A DNA stretch of 64,000 nt from NCBI GenBank assembly GCA_937906925.1, contig CALCTR010000029.1:12119-76118 (forward strand), given 5' to 3'. The position numbers and the translations under genes were made by a program. The first letter of the stretch is position 1. The number at the start of each line of letters is the position of its first letter. This stretch comes from an uncultured Alphaproteobacteria bacterium. GTDB taxonomy: Bacteria; Pseudomonadota; Alphaproteobacteria; CAAHEQ01; UBA3637. The notes under the pieces are model-generated. The model ran no database searches. It was not told the origin of the DNA and was given only the letters and a program-made list of their open reading frames with translations. Below, piece after piece: positions 55,754 through 63,317 of this stretch.

Positions 55754-56239
55754 ATGAAAAAGAGTACCTGTCTTTTTTTATTAATATTGTCTGCGTGTTT
55801 TTCCACTATCGCTATAAGTCAAGAGGCAAATACAGTCCCTGTCCCTATCCTTAAAACACCTTATCTGCAAGAAATGTTAAAACAAATAAAGACAGATGCT
55901 AAAATTGACTTCCATAAGAATAAAAAAGATGTTATGGAATTATTAAGAAGAGCAGAAAACTATACACCTCAGGAATACAATGCCCTCTTTTCAAATTATG
56001 AAAATAATCCTCCTTTTATAGAAAAAAATGGCATATTTGAATTAAATCCGGATTATATCGGCAAAAATAAAAAATATATAGAAAAAGATGGTGTTATGGT
56101 TGAAAATAAAAATTATATAGAGCAAACATTTCCTGAAGAGACAAATCCTCTAGTCGTAAAATCCTCACAAATAACTCAACAAAAAAATCGTCTGGGAAAT
56201 AAATCTTTTAAAATAAATCCGGATTTATTTGAAGAATGA
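55754..56239 (+). CDS. Hypothetical lipoprotein
   Basis: Signal peptide with lipobox LSAC (MKKSTCLFLLILSAC). Has short internal repeats, FIEKNGIFELNPDYIGKNKKYIEKDGVMVENKNYIEQ. Confidence 0.65.
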   Translation: MKKSTCLFLLILSACFSTIAISQEANTVPVPILKTPYLQEMLKQIKTDAKIDFHKNKKDVMELLRRAENYTPQEYNALFSNYENNPPFIEKNGIFELNPDYIGKNKKYIEKDGVMVENKNYIEQTFPEETNPLVVKSSQITQQKNRLGNKSFKINPDLFEE

Positions 56240-57003
56240 AAAAAATAAAAAATACTCATATATCTCAAGCCCCTGTCGTTATTTTAGTCAGACCTCAATT
56301 AGATGAAAATATGGGCATGGTTGCAAGAGCCATGATGAATTGTATGCTCTCTGAGCTAAGACTGGTACAACCAAGGGATAACCCCCTCAGTCCAAAAGCT
56401 ATTGCCGCATCATCCGGTGCTCAAACAATTTTAGAAGAGGCAAAGGTTTTTTCCTCTTTAGAAGAGGCATTAAATGATATCCATTTTTCTCTTGCAACAA
56501 CAGCCAGAAAAAGAGATATGACTAAAGAAGTTTTCTCTCCGTTTGACGGCATTAAAACTCTTAACGGTTTTATGCTAAATCATCAAAAGTCTGCTCTTTT
56601 ATTTGGTGCGGAAAGAACGGGTCTTGAAAATTCAGAAATTGTACAAGCCAATGGCATAATTGAAATACCGCTAAATCCTAATCATGCTTCATTAAATCTA
56701 TCTCAAGCAGTTTTATTATTAGGTTATGAATGGTTAAAAACAACACAAAAACAATCTAATACACACCTAGAAACAGGTTCTGCAAAACTTGCAACCCAAT
56801 CTGAACTAAACGCTTTATTTACACATCTAGAAACAGAACTTGCAGACAGAGGCTATTTTAGATTTGATGAAAAAAAAGAGCGTATGGGTTATAATCTTAG
56901 AAATATTTTTTTAAGAAATCATTTAACTTCATCGGAAGTTAAGACTTTACATAAAGTCATTACAGATTTAACACGCCCTAAAAATACGAAAGATCTCTCA
57001 TGA
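56236..57003 (+). CDS. trmJ: SpoU/TrmH-family RNA 2'-O-methyltransferase (TrmJ-like)
   Basis: VILVRPQLDENMGMVARAMMN, LLFGAERTGL and IPLNPNHASLNLSQAVLLLGYEW (SPOUT knot motifs). ATGA overlaps on both sides. Confidence 0.75.
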   Translation: MKKIKNTHISQAPVVILVRPQLDENMGMVARAMMNCMLSELRLVQPRDNPLSPKAIAASSGAQTILEEAKVFSSLEEALNDIHFSLATTARKRDMTKEVFSPFDGIKTLNGFMLNHQKSALLFGAERTGLENSEIVQANGIIEIPLNPNHASLNLSQAVLLLGYEWLKTTQKQSNTHLETGSAKLATQSELNALFTHLETELADRGYFRFDEKKERMGYNLRNIFLRNHLTSSEVKTLHKVITDLTRPKNTKDLS

Positions 57004-57302
57004 AAAAAGTTTTTTTATGTTTCCTTTTATTATTAACCGGTTGTGCTGGCTCAACAGGACTATGCAATAAATACCAGTATACTTCTCAACAAGAAAAAAC
57101 AACCCTTTTTGTACAAAAAAACGGGTACATTGAAAAAGAAACACAAAAAAATAACCTATTTACCGCTCAAAAGGGTCTATATACTTTACAAGAAGATACC
57201 CTCTCTGTCTATATTCAAAATCAAACTGATGAATACAAATTACTTAATAATAACAAAACTCTTTTCAACCCTAAGACAAAAAAACATCTTATCTGTGAAT
57301 GA
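57000..57302 (+). CDS. Hypothetical small lipoprotein
   Basis: MKKVFLCFLLLLTGC contains the lipobox LTGC. 100 aa, coupled to trmJ by an ATGA overlap. Confidence 0.6.
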   Translation: MKKVFLCFLLLLTGCAGSTGLCNKYQYTSQQEKTTLFVQKNGYIEKETQKNNLFTAQKGLYTLQEDTLSVYIQNQTDEYKLLNNNKTLFNPKTKKHLICE

Positions 57303-57317
57303 TAGTGTAAAAAAATA

Positions 57318-57346
57318 TTGACAAACAAGCCTTTTTATGTTATTCT
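57318..57346 (+). promoter_or_regulatory. Sigma70 promoter of the tandem small-membrane-protein pair
   Basis: TTGACA, 17-nt spacer, TATTCT, about 24 nt upstream of the ATG at 57370. Confidence 0.5.
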
Positions 57347-57369
57347 ACCCAAAAACTGAAAGGCTTTAA

Positions 57370-57627
57370 ATGTACACAGAAGAAGATTATAATTTTCAAA
57401 TCAAAGTTGAAAAAACGATTGATGCATACGGTAAAACCGGCTATGGATGCGGTTGTTTGACAGGTATCATTTTTATGGCAGCCTTAGTTACTTATCTGCT
57501 TACCCCTAGCGTTAACCTTGAAGAACTCGGCAAAAAATGGCAGCAAGAAAATTCAACCCAACCACAAAAAGTTAAGCCTGCTAAAAAGAAATTTGTTCCC
57601 ATTATCAGAAGTAATCAACGATATTAA
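57370..57627 (+). CDS. Small single-pass membrane protein, paralog 1
   Basis: 85 aa. YTEED..., then DAYGKTGYGCGCLTGIIFMAALVTYLL (TM), then a basic PQ-rich tail. Paralogous to the next ORF. Confidence 0.6.
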   Translation: MYTEEDYNFQIKVEKTIDAYGKTGYGCGCLTGIIFMAALVTYLLTPSVNLEELGKKWQQENSTQPQKVKPAKKKFVPIIRSNQRY

Positions 57628-57638
57628 AAGAGGCAATC

Positions 57639-57884
57639 ATGCAATATACAGATGAAGAAAAAAGAATTTTAAGAACCGCTAGAACAGATGCCTTTTGTGC
57701 CGGTTTTAGACGTGGCTGTTGTATGACAGGTTTTATCATGAGCATTATGACTTTTATGCTTTTTTCTATGTGCGGAAATAAACCAATGGATAAAAACTAC
57801 CCACATTTAAATAAAAAACCTCAACCCGTTCAAAAAGCAACATTAAACATAAAAAAATTAAAAACAACTGATCATACACGTTAA
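57639..57884 (+). CDS. Small single-pass membrane protein, paralog 2
   Basis: 81 aa. YTDEE..., then DAFCAGFRRGCCMTGFIMSIMTFMLF (TM), then a basic PQ-rich tail. AGAGG RBS. Confidence 0.6.
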   Translation: MQYTDEEKRILRTARTDAFCAGFRRGCCMTGFIMSIMTFMLFSMCGNKPMDKNYPHLNKKPQPVQKATLNIKKLKTTDHTR

Positions 57885-57910
57885 AAAAAGCACTTTTAAG
57901 TGCTTTTTTT
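57883..57910. terminator. Bidirectional terminator
   Basis: AAAGCAC-ttttaa-GTGCTTT flanked by A7 and T7. Overlaps the 3' end of the convergent HAD gene. Confidence 0.75.
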
Positions 57911-58510
57911 GTCAGCTTCTATTAAATCATCTACCGAGCGGAATAAAATACCATTCATTCCAAGCGATTTTGCAACATTTATATTCTCCGAACTGTCATC
58001 TATTAGACATATTTGATTAAACGGAACTTTTAAATGATTTTTTGCGTAAATAAAAAACTCTTCCTGTGGTTTGGCAACCCCTAATCTGGCAGAAGTAAAA
58101 ACCCAATCAAAAACATCTTGCCATTCTGGTTGATGTGTTAAAATATAGTCCATCCGAATATGCGATTGATTGGAAGCAATATGAAAAGAATGCCCTTTTT
58201 GTTTTTGACTTTTTATCCAATTCCAAACCGGTTCTTTAACTTGTATATCATGTGAAAGCCAATATTCTATAAATTCACTGGCACTGATTTCAATCTGATG
58301 TTTTTTTAAAAAAGGCTCAATAAAACGAGATACCATTTTGGTTCGTTGTAAAGCTATTAAAAAAGGCCCCTGAAATAGCTCTTGCAATATCTGTGGTGGT
58401 TTTGCAAAATCTTTTTCAAAATCTTTCGCCCATGAAAAATGTATCTGCCCATTTTCATCAATCAGATAAGAATCTAAGAGCGTGTTATCTAAATCCATTA
58501 AATAATGCAT
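57896..58510 (-). CDS. HAD-superfamily hydrolase
   Basis: Motif I MDLDNTL at the N-terminus, and motif IV-like CLIDDSSENI. Confidence 0.7.
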   Translation of the reverse strand: MHYLMDLDNTLLDSYLIDENGQIHFSWAKDFEKDFAKPPQILQELFQGPFLIALQRTKMVSRFIEPFLKKHQIEISASEFIEYWLSHDIQVKEPVWNWIKSQKQKGHSFHIASNQSHIRMDYILTHQPEWQDVFDWVFTSARLGVAKPQEEFFIYAKNHLKVPFNQICLIDDSSENINVAKSLGMNGILFRSVDDLIEADKKST

Positions 58511-58527
58511 AAAAACTCCTTTTGCCT

Positions 58528-58556
58528 ACTATAAAAAAAAGTGTTTTTTTTGTCAA
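58528..58556 (-). promoter_or_regulatory. Sigma70 promoter of the HAD hydrolase gene
   Basis: The minus strand reads TTGACA, 17-nt spacer, TATAGT, 18 nt upstream of the ATG. Confidence 0.6.
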
Positions 58557-58578
58557 TACATTTTGCAATATAAAAATA

Positions 58579-58607
58579 TTGACAAATATTTGTTTTTTTG
58601 ATATAAT
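58579..58607 (+). promoter_or_regulatory. Perfect consensus sigma70 promoter of the tandem-HEPN-motif gene
   Basis: TTGACA (58579-58584), 17-nt spacer, TATAAT (58602-58607), then AAGGAG 5 nt before the ATG. Confidence 0.75.
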
Positions 58608-58630
58608 ACCATAAAACCTAAGGAGAAAAA

Positions 58631-59986
58631 ATGCCCCCACAAATTCATTTTACTTTGCAAGATATTAAAAATATCACCGATGCCTTTACATGGTTTTATC
58701 ACGAAAGTTTGTATTATCAGATTGCAAAAATGTATCTAACCCCCATTGTTCTTTTAGAAAAACTTAAAAGAGAGCATTTTTTTGATGTAACAGTACAAAA
58801 TCCGGGACAAACATCTAAAGAACAACTTAAAAAAAATGAAACTTTTTGTGCCGTGTCGTACGTTGACAGATTTATATTAGACCATAAAAAACAAGGCATA
58901 CCACTCCCCGATATACTAAAAAAATTAAAAAAAGATATTCGTGAATACAAAAAAATAACCGAATTGGATTTAGCTTGTTTAGATGGTCTCATCACTGTTT
59001 TTAACAAAGAAGATACTCTATTAAAAAATTTTAAAGGCGTTGTCCAAAAAGGTATGACCCTTTCAGCAACGAAAAACAGAAAAACAAGTTTTAGAACAGC
59101 CATTAAAAATGAAGCTGTTTTACTGGATTTTTGCAAAAAAGTTTATATTTTAGATTTACTTTGGCACCAAAAAGGAAAGGATGCGACACAACAAGATTTT
59201 CACACTTATCAAATTCTTTTTGAACGACATATTCTTTTAAATGAATTTAAAAAAGACGTTATTCCGGCATTCATTCAACTTGTTGAAACAACGAGAAAAT
59301 TTTTATATACTGCTTTAACTACACATCACTCTTTACAAATTGCTTTTTCTTTAGAAGAAGCCAAAAACACACTAAAAAATGACAAATCCCTCATTTTTAA
59401 ATATGCCGAACAATTTGGTTATATTGAAGATAAAGAACCCTTTATTTCTTTTCAGAAAATACGCGACAAACTGGCTCACCCGTCAACCGAACAAAATATT
59501 GTTTCTTATTTACCTGATCTTGAAAAAATTGAAAGTACTTTTCTTTCATTCTTTAAAAATCTGACAAACAAACCAAATCTTTCTGTTTATCGCCTAAATG
59601 AAACGGATACCCCTAAAAAAACACCTTTAGCAGAATCAATTTACCCAACAAATATGCGGGGAAAAGAGGCTTTTGAACATTTATTACACACCGATGAAAT
59701 TGAATCCATTATTGCCCAATATCAAGGTCCACTTAACACAAAACAAAAAGAAATAACCGGCTTAAAAAAATTAGAATTTTTAAAAGATAAGGGACTGATT
59801 TTAGCAACTGATTTTGCGTTATTAGAACAGGCTATTTTACTTAGAAATGCGGTAGCTCATGCCAGTAGCGATGACACAACATATCAAAATATAAATGCCC
59901 TAAAAATTGATACGCAAAATATTTTACAAAACATCAAAAACCAACACAAAAAATTTGGTCCACGTGCGGCTATTTCACGGGTTTAA
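58631..59986 (+). CDS. Hypothetical protein with two R-x4-H (HEPN-like, DUF4145-like) motifs; candidate tandem-HEPN RNase
   Basis: 451 aa. Motif 1 is FGYIEDKEPFISFQKIRDKLAHPS (R278-H283, nt 59462-59479). Motif 2 is KGLILATDFALLEQAILLRNAVAHAS (R405-H410, nt 59843-59860). The N-terminal ~240 aa have no motif I can assign. Confidence 0.5.
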   Translation: MPPQIHFTLQDIKNITDAFTWFYHESLYYQIAKMYLTPIVLLEKLKREHFFDVTVQNPGQTSKEQLKKNETFCAVSYVDRFILDHKKQGIPLPDILKKLKKDIREYKKITELDLACLDGLITVFNKEDTLLKNFKGVVQKGMTLSATKNRKTSFRTAIKNEAVLLDFCKKVYILDLLWHQKGKDATQQDFHTYQILFERHILLNEFKKDVIPAFIQLVETTRKFLYTALTTHHSLQIAFSLEEAKNTLKNDKSLIFKYAEQFGYIEDKEPFISFQKIRDKLAHPSTEQNIVSYLPDLEKIESTFLSFFKNLTNKPNLSVYRLNETDTPKKTPLAESIYPTNMRGKEAFEHLLHTDEIESIIAQYQGPLNTKQKEITGLKKLEFLKDKGLILATDFALLEQAILLRNAVAHASSDDTTYQNINALKIDTQNILQNIKNQHKKFGPRAAISRV

Positions 59987-60433
59987 ATAGTCAATAACAA
60001 TATAGTTTTCACCTCGTTGCCATGCTTTAATGGCAGCTAAAACAAATCCCATCAAAGGGGTAGGCAATGCATTTAAATCATAAAAAGCGATACTTTCCGT
60101 TTTGTCAGGCTCTAAATTTTTAACAACCCCCTCATATGTATCCGTAAAAATAAAATAGTTGATAATATCAGCTTGTTTACCTTTATAAGGAGCATTTAAC
60201 AAATGAGCCATCATTTTTATTTCTAATTTATCTTTATCAAGAGTGATATTGGCCTCTTCTTTTGCTTCCCGTATCAAGGCATCAATAACGCCCTCCCCTT
60301 TATCCACATGACCTGCAACCGGACAATATAGTCCGCCCGTAAATTTACCCTTTCGTTTTTGCAACAAAATTTTTCCATCTTGAACAAGTAAAAGATGTGT
60401 TCCGATATATGGGGTTTGGTGTACTTCACTCAC
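59975..60433 (-). CDS. NUDIX hydrolase
   Basis: Near-canonical Nudix box GHVDKGEGVIDALIREAKEEANI (Gx5Ex7REUxEExxU). Confidence 0.85.
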   Translation of the reverse strand: MSEVHQTPYIGTHLLLVQDGKILLQKRKGKFTGGLYCPVAGHVDKGEGVIDALIREAKEEANITLDKDKLEIKMMAHLLNAPYKGKQADIINYFIFTDTYEGVVKNLEPDKTESIAFYDLNALPTPLMGFVLAAIKAWQRGENYIVIDYLNP

Positions 60434-60454
60434 AAAAAAATTTCCTTAAATACG

Positions 60455-60844
60455 TTAATAAACCTGACATTCACTACCTTCAAAACGCCACTGTCTGATA
60501 TAGTCATCCTCTATAACAAAAAGAGTGGTACACCCTTTAGAAACCGTAGCAGTTTCCTCATCAAAAAAAGAGTGATCCTCAGCCATCCGGGGCATACGCT
60601 CAATTTTATTACCTTTTGCCACCGGTTTCATTTTGTATTTTATATAAACGACGTAATTAATATCATTTTTAACATAATCGTAAGAAGGATTGCCCCAAAC
60701 ATCTACCAATTCGGATTTTTCTTTTCCCAGCCACTCATTTAAAACCTCCTGATACTTATCTGTTGAAGCTTTTTTTACCGATTGCGGCATAACACAGGCT
60801 GACAATCCTAAAAAAGAAATGAGCACCATCAAAATTTTCATCAT
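60455..60844 (-). CDS. Hypothetical lipoprotein
   Basis: MMKILMVLISFLGLSAC contains the lipobox LSAC. 129 aa. Confidence 0.6.
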   Translation of the reverse strand: MMKILMVLISFLGLSACVMPQSVKKASTDKYQEVLNEWLGKEKSELVDVWGNPSYDYVKNDINYVVYIKYKMKPVAKGNKIERMPRMAEDHSFFDEETATVSKGCTTLFVIEDDYIRQWRFEGSECQVY

Positions 60845-60945
60845 ATATTCTCCTACTATCTGTTTTAAATTTTTTTATTATTTTTTGCAAGAAAAATTTG
60901 CGTTTTAAAAAAAAGGGTTTTAATATGAAAAAAAAGGAGATAAAT

Positions 60946-61326
60946 ATGAAAAAATTATTTTTACTTTCCAGCATTGTTTTGCTAGGTGCGTGTGGCGAAA
61001 AAAACGCTAATTTAAGAGGGAATGCCTATCAATATACACTAAATAACGTACCAATTATAATTGCCTTTGATAAAAATGAGAATCGCTATTTTGGAAAAGT
61101 TGTCAACAACTATTTTGGCACTTATACACAAAATGGTGGCGAATTAACACTTCATCTGGGCGGGTCCACTATGATGATAGGACCGGCAAATGAAATGGCG
61201 GTTGAACAAACCTGGTTAGAAACATTACCAACCGTTACCAAGGTTACCCAGACAAAAACCGGTATTATATTAACCCTTAAAGACGGCACAAAAATTAACC
61301 TCAAAAAAACAGCTATGCCCAAATAA
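60946..61326 (+). CDS. META-domain (HslJ-like) lipoprotein
   Basis: MKKLFLLSSIVLLGAC contains a lipobox. FGKVVNNYFGTYTQNGGELTLHLGGSTMMIGPANEMAVEQTWLETL resembles the META domain core. Start set at the ATG at 60946, behind AAGGAGA. Confidence 0.6.
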   Translation: MKKLFLLSSIVLLGACGEKNANLRGNAYQYTLNNVPIIIAFDKNENRYFGKVVNNYFGTYTQNGGELTLHLGGSTMMIGPANEMAVEQTWLETLPTVTKVTQTKTGIILTLKDGTKINLKKTAMPK

Positions 61327-61371
61327 CTCTAATGCATCTAAAATCGCATTATTTTAAGTTAAGGAGATTGA

Positions 61372-61983
61372 ATGACATTTTTTTCACTTTTTAATTTTCA
61401 ACAATTCTTGAGTGCTTTTTTAGTTATTTTTGCAGCTATTGACTGTGTCGGATCTATTCCAACCATTTTAGCAACCAAACGTCGGGGCAGTTATATCAAT
61501 CCCAATAGAGGGACGGTTTGTTCTGCCATTATGCTTTTTGGCTTTTTCTACATTGGAGAAGCATTTTTATCTCTCTTTCATTTAGATATTTCCTCATTTG
61601 CTATCGCCGGTTCTTTAGTTGTTTTTTTAATTGGCTTAGAGATGATTTTAGATGTTGAAATATTTAAATCCAGCGGTCCTTCCGGTACAAAAGATGCAAC
61701 ATTTATACCGGTTGTTTTTCCCCTGTTAACGGGTGCAGGTGTTTTAACAACCGTTTTATCCATTCGTTCTCAATACAGTGATATCAATATGCTTTTAGCT
61801 ATGGCTCTTAACGTGTTTGTTATTTATTTTGTTCTTCGGTTTGTTGAAAAAATTGAAACATTATTGGGTAAAGGCATCATTTATATGCTACAAAAGTTTT
61901 TTGGGATTATTTTGTTAGCCATGGCCGTTAAACTTTTTATCACAAATGTCACTATTTTAATCAGCAAAACACATTTAATGTAA
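61372..61983 (+). CDS. MarC-family (UPF0056) integral membrane protein
   Basis: 203 aa, 6 TM. N-terminal FLSAFLVIFAAIDCVGSIPT is typical of MarC/NAAT family proteins. Confidence 0.7.
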   Translation: MTFFSLFNFQQFLSAFLVIFAAIDCVGSIPTILATKRRGSYINPNRGTVCSAIMLFGFFYIGEAFLSLFHLDISSFAIAGSLVVFLIGLEMILDVEIFKSSGPSGTKDATFIPVVFPLLTGAGVLTTVLSIRSQYSDINMLLAMALNVFVIYFVLRFVEKIETLLGKGIIYMLQKFFGIILLAMAVKLFITNVTILISKTHLM

Positions 61984-61990
61984 ATAAAAA

Positions 61991-62019
61991 TTGACAAATT
62001 ATATTTTTTACGCTATTTT
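61991..62019 (+). promoter_or_regulatory. Sigma70 promoter of the HExxH membrane protein gene
   Basis: TTGACA, 17-nt spacer, TATTTT. The track ORF start (TTG at 61991) is this -35 hexamer. Confidence 0.5.
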
Positions 62020-62047
62020 CTTGCCTAACAACAAGAGATTTAAAAGT

Positions 62048-63232
62048 ATGCCCTCTGATTTTTTAAAAGAACGTCTTATTAAAAACACAAAAAAACATAA
62101 ATTTTTAAAATGGTGCTACATTACCATCGGGTTGCTGGGATCACTGTACTGTACCCTCCAATTAAATAAAAAAGTACCCCCACCTAAACAATCCGAAACA
62201 TCTCTATTTTCACTAGACAAAAAGCATATATTACAAGCGTTTCTTTTTTTTAGCATTTGTCTTTCATCTGCAAGTAGTATCTCGCTTAGTTTTTATTATC
62301 CGAGAAAAAAAAGAACACCAAAATCTGTTTTAAATCATCTTAAATTTTCAAGCTCAAATGAAGAAACATCAAATCCTTACACCCCTCTTTCAAAGAGAGA
62401 TATCAAAAAAATACTCTCAAAAGTTGATTTATCCCATTTATCTGAGGAAAAACAAATCTTTTTTTTACAAAATTTAATTGATGTATCCAACAAGCATCCC
62501 TCTTTGGCAAAGTTATTTAAACAAGAGTTAATTCCAACAACGATCAAACATAAGGCAGCATTAAAATCAATTGGCTCTATTTCGCACCCAACTGATGTTA
62601 TTCAAAAAGGTCTTATCAATTTATCTCCCAAGAGTAATTTTTTAACATTTATCCACGAACTTATTCACGCCAAACAAATTTTAGATGGGACTTTTTATTT
62701 CAAGAGACTTTTACCTTTTGCAGCCTTTATAAATGAAGCACAGGCAAAAGCCTATACCATGCTGTTAAAAAAGGAAGAAGAGGCAGTGATGCACAAAATT
62801 GTAACGGCACGACGAAGTATCCTCAAAAATGAGAATCACCTCCTTAACGATAAAGAATTGCAAGGTAAAGCTGAGGAAGAAAGCGTCGCTGTTATAATTA
62901 ACTGTTTAATTAGTGAACATAACTTAACCGTTACGAGGGATACTTTATCAAAATTTTGCCCTAATGCTTTAACGGCAGAAGAAAGTCTGGATATTTATAA
63001 GTTGTGCCTCCTTTGGCGTATTAGTTATGAAAATAAAAATCTAAAAAATTTATCTCAAAAAATCAACAGGGGATTAAAAATATCTTCTAAAGAAATCTGT
63101 GCTTTTTCGCATTTAGACGCCTATTTTCAAAACAAAACAACCATTCCTGTTTGTATTAGGCAAACCCATATCACTCAAAGCGGTCATCCGCTTTACAAAA
63201 TTATCACCTCTTCTGATACGAACCAACGTTAA
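62048..63232 (+). CDS. Membrane-anchored hypothetical protein with gluzincin-like HExxH...NEA motif (candidate metalloprotease/effector)
   Basis: Two predicted TM helices (WCYITIGLLGSLYCTLQL, ILQAFLFFSICLSSASSISLSF). HELIH at nt 62654-62668, followed 22 residues later by INEAQA (compare thermolysin HELTH...INEAISD). Start set at the ATG at 62048. Confidence 0.6.
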   Translation: MPSDFLKERLIKNTKKHKFLKWCYITIGLLGSLYCTLQLNKKVPPPKQSETSLFSLDKKHILQAFLFFSICLSSASSISLSFYYPRKKRTPKSVLNHLKFSSSNEETSNPYTPLSKRDIKKILSKVDLSHLSEEKQIFFLQNLIDVSNKHPSLAKLFKQELIPTTIKHKAALKSIGSISHPTDVIQKGLINLSPKSNFLTFIHELIHAKQILDGTFYFKRLLPFAAFINEAQAKAYTMLLKKEEEAVMHKIVTARRSILKNENHLLNDKELQGKAEEESVAVIINCLISEHNLTVTRDTLSKFCPNALTAEESLDIYKLCLLWRISYENKNLKNLSQKINRGLKISSKEICAFSHLDAYFQNKTTIPVCIRQTHITQSGHPLYKIITSSDTNQR

Positions 63233-63317
63233 AATTAAAAATAAAATCCCTGCCCCTCTTGATTTTTGTAAAAAAAGGAGATAAAAAAGGCATACAAATT
63301 TATTAAAGGAGAAAACC

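Noticed and set aside
61991-62047. Upstream-extended ORF starts given in the track (61991 TTG, 40308, 51986, 60898, 12124, 29644 TTG, 41049 TTG)
   Set aside because: Each extension either overlaps the preceding gene, lacks an RBS, or coincides with a promoter hexamer (at 61991). In each case an internal ATG preceded by a Shine-Dalgarno sequence gives a protein with a normal N-terminus, either a signal peptide or a conserved start.
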